Source of the DNA: Basidiobolus meristosporus CBS 931.73
Taxonomy: Eukaryota > Fungi > Basidiobolomycota
Reading direction: 5' to 3'
Length of the DNA stretch: 64,000 nucleotides
Assembly: GCA_002104905.1 (NCBI GenBank)
Contig: MCFE01000288.1
Location: 39,008 to 103,007 of the forward strand
Notes under the pieces: model-generated
What the model saw: only the letters and a program-made list of their open reading frames with translations
What the model was told of the DNA's origin: nothing
Databases searched by the model: none
Part shown: positions 61,114 to 64,000 of the stretch, piece after piece
Layout: each line of letters begins with the position of its first letter
Position numbering within the stretch: the stretch's first letter is position 1
Program-made: the position numbers and the translations under genes

Positions 61114-62026
61114 AGACTTGTTCCATTGTACCATGCCAGGGCGCATGGCGCAATCTGTGGTTGTAAAGAACAATTGGGCGCAATATTATAGCTACCAGAA
61201 GGCAGGATTGTTCTTGGATGATTTTGCACTATGCAAGATGATCTTGCACACTATGGCACAATCTGACACAATGAGGTTGGCACGGATGATTGCGCCAACT
61301 TGTAATGTTTGCATCACATGCGCAATTGGATACCACTATTATGGCAGGTAAAATCCGGTATTTGGATATGTTTCTTTAATGTAAATGGAAATAAATGTGT
61401 ATCACACTATAAACTACACTGATACTTACCATTTTGGTTACCCTCACTCCAATTGGATGGTATCTCAGTGGTTAATTGGTCTAAAAGTATCCTGAAGCTG
61501 GCAGCCCCCAATTGGCTCATTGACTACTGAAAAAGCTACCTGATTTGCCATCAAATATCCCATTTTGCCCATTGAGCAAGTAAATCCCTGATCCTAGTGA
61601 TTGGACAAGGTGTCATAGCTAGCACACAAGTAATTATGTAGGTGCAAAACAGATCCAATAGCTGCACTGGTATTACAGATGACGTATATATATGCAGGGT
61701 GTTTATTTATAGGGGTTCTGTCTCAAATGTGAGACAACCTTGATATTAATTATATCAAAAATTTGATGATCACTGATTTGCAATGGCTCAATTTGGATCG
61801 CAAAAAAAAAGGGTTGTTGGGATCATTACAAATGTGAGCAATTCAAAGCAATTGCATCATCTTCTCCTGGGTTTTTTTCTCACAGGGATTACTACTGAAG
61901 CATTTGGTATTGACTCACTTTGCACACCTATACTACTTCCTGGCTGACTATCATCTTGGCTACTTGTGTATTTGTAGTCAGTATTTTGCCTCCTAGTTGA
62001 TGAGTGCAATGCTGCAGCTTGGCCGC
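61114..62026 (+). mobile_element. DNA transposon copy 4: left arm and ORF2 3' end only
   Basis: TIR AGACTTGTTCCATTG at 61114; matches the reverse complement of 7700-8628; cut by LTR-A at CCGC. Confidence 0.92.
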
Positions 62027-63096
62027 TGTAGTGGGGTGACAGTGACACCCACTGACAGATGTGCTCATTCCCTTATTTTCTACTTCCCTATATCTCTACT
62101 ACACTTATTTTAGTTTTATCCCATTTGTCTTACCCAATCAGTACTATCCCATAAGCCGGTTGACTATCACACTTGCTTACCTTATTGCATAAGTTAACCC
62201 TCACTTTATGTAAGACTACTAGCTATAAGTACTTCTATATTGGGCAAGTACCCGCGCCAGTACCCGTGACACATGATCAGCCCGTGTCACCATCCCTACC
62301 ATTTCCATACCATATATGGTATCCCCATGTTACACAGGTTTCAGAATACTGATTCCTGATTGGTTGGATGTGCTGTGCCTCTTAGAACCTTCCGGCACCT
62401 ACTTAGAACATTCTTAGGTCATTCTGATGTCATTAAGATTTCTATTGATCTCCGGAACCTTCTGGAACACCATGATTAGTAATCACTTAGCCAGTGAGAA
62501 AAGTATATAAGGGAGGCTATCCCTCAACAATAAATCATCATCCCTTTTATCAATATACCGACTTGTTGATTAGTGTGATCACTGCTACCTGCTGCTACCT
62601 GAACTTCCAACCCTAGACCACAGGACACTCCCAGGAAACCGCGCTGACAGCCAACTGACCTTGGAGGCACTACTTGTGAGGAATACTCAGAGTAGGTATC
62701 TTTTATTATATTTGATTCTTTCCCAAGTTTGTTCTTGTACAGGCAAAGATACTTTTCTGTCTTTGTAACTATTGACCAAAGCTGCATTCTTATCAAGTCC
62801 CTGCTGGTGGAGTTTACAGTTGTTTTGACTTTGGAAGCTTTAGTACATTGTCATCTCAAAGGACGCTGAACCCAGCACATACTTTTGTTAAGACGCCAAC
62901 TAAGTTGGGGATTGTAGCTCAATAGTTTTCCCTTGACAAGCTTGTGGCTTTATTCCCCTTCACATTAGATTAGAGACAGAACCCAAGTATTCCTAGCAAG
63001 CTTTTGCCAGAGGTTATCGCACCCAGTGAACACCCCACACACAAAACACTTGAGAAGTGTTGGACGTATCTCTCCCTTGGACTTATACACCACACA
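62027..63096 (+). repeat. gypsy-A LTR with non-matching flanks (CCGC / ACGC)
   Basis: Near-identical to 30430-31500; left flank is transposon ORF2, right flank is the interior of another LTR-A. Confidence 0.93.
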
Positions 63097-63329
63097 ACGC
63101 TGAACCCAGCACATACTTCTGTTAAGATGCCAACTAAGTTGGGGATTGAAGCTCAATAGTTTTCCCTTGACAAGCTTGTGGCTTTATTCCCCATCACATT
63201 AGATTAGAGACAAACCAAAGCATTCCTAACAAGCATTTGCCAGAGGTTATTGCACCCAGTGAATACCCACACACAAAACCTTTGAGAAGTGTTGGATATA
63301 TCTCTCCCTTGGACTTATAGACCATCATA
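63097..63329 (+). repeat. 3' ~230 bp of an older gypsy-A LTR
   Basis: Starts ACGCTGAACCCAGC, ends TTATAGACCATCATA, followed by GCGC. Confidence 0.85.
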
Positions 63330-64000
63330 GCGCCAAATGATTTTATTATGGCCAAGTGTCTATGATTAGCCTTCAGACAGATATATGGGCACTACTTATT
63401 AATCTAGCAGAACTGGATACCTCAGAGAGTTGACAGCAATGGCAGAATTTGAATAGAAAGCTGTGGCATGAGCTCTCCATCAAGATGCCAGCCAATGTAT
63501 GTAAAAAGATAAATAACAAGACATGCCTTGAGATCAAGAATGAGCAGAGATTGAGGGGATTTGATGAGGAAGCCACACCCCCAATGATTCCACATGCAAT
63601 TTTCACAGTACATGCTGGACAAATCTGTTTGTGCTTTAACTTTAGGATCCAAAGAGATTTTGAATGAGTTTTTTCCTCAAATGACTAATGTACTATGTGA
63701 CATATTGGTAGAGCAAAGTGGCTTCCAAGAGTAATACACACAGGACCCATTAAGGCAACAGTTCCAAAGTATCAGACAGCGGGTAAGTGAATTCCTTGAG
63801 AAATCAGAAGGTGAACATAATGAGGAGAACAGAGACTGTGAGCAACTATGTCTAGATTGCACCAGCACACCTTGCTGAATTCCCTACCATTCACTGCAAC
63901 ATTGGCACACTGGTGCACATCAGTCCAATCTATGCCAAGACCCCTCACAAGAGTGCCCTGCATCAAGTCAACGCATGCCAGTTCAACACACACTTCAGCG
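63330..64000 (+). pseudogene. Diverged transposon ORF2 fragment (fifth copy, opposite orientation to copy 4)
   Basis: NRKLWHELSIKMPANVCKK...EIKNE matches ORF2; stops and indels. Confidence 0.82.

Noticed and set aside
1-64000. CRISPR array, rRNA, tRNA or host protein genes
   Set aside because: No regularly spaced repeat-spacer structure or recognisable RNA gene was seen; all motif-bearing ORFs are TE-derived. A computational scan was not possible.

Overview
Eukaryotic, AT-rich and visibly CpG-depleted window made almost entirely of nested transposable elements. No host gene, RNA gene or CRISPR array is recognisable. It contains two Ty1/copia families (copia-1 with ~370-bp LTRs, copia-2 with ~1-kb LTRs) and at least three Ty3/gypsy families: A and its relatives A2 and C, B, and D. 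It also has a two-gene PIF/Harbinger-superfamily-like DNA transposon (four anchored copies, a fifth ORF2 fragment and two MITEs). Most junctions can be resolved to the base by target-site duplications (TSDs), giving a nesting up to five levels deep. Most striking signal: eight of nine gypsy-A/A2/C target sites have a 4-bp TSD centred on CpG (NCGN) or on its deamination products, and the ninth is GTGG. The other families here use AT-rich or CpG-free targets. All coordinates were read by eye and may be off by a few bases; family names are my own labels, and the host taxon cannot be determined (a fungus is only a guess).
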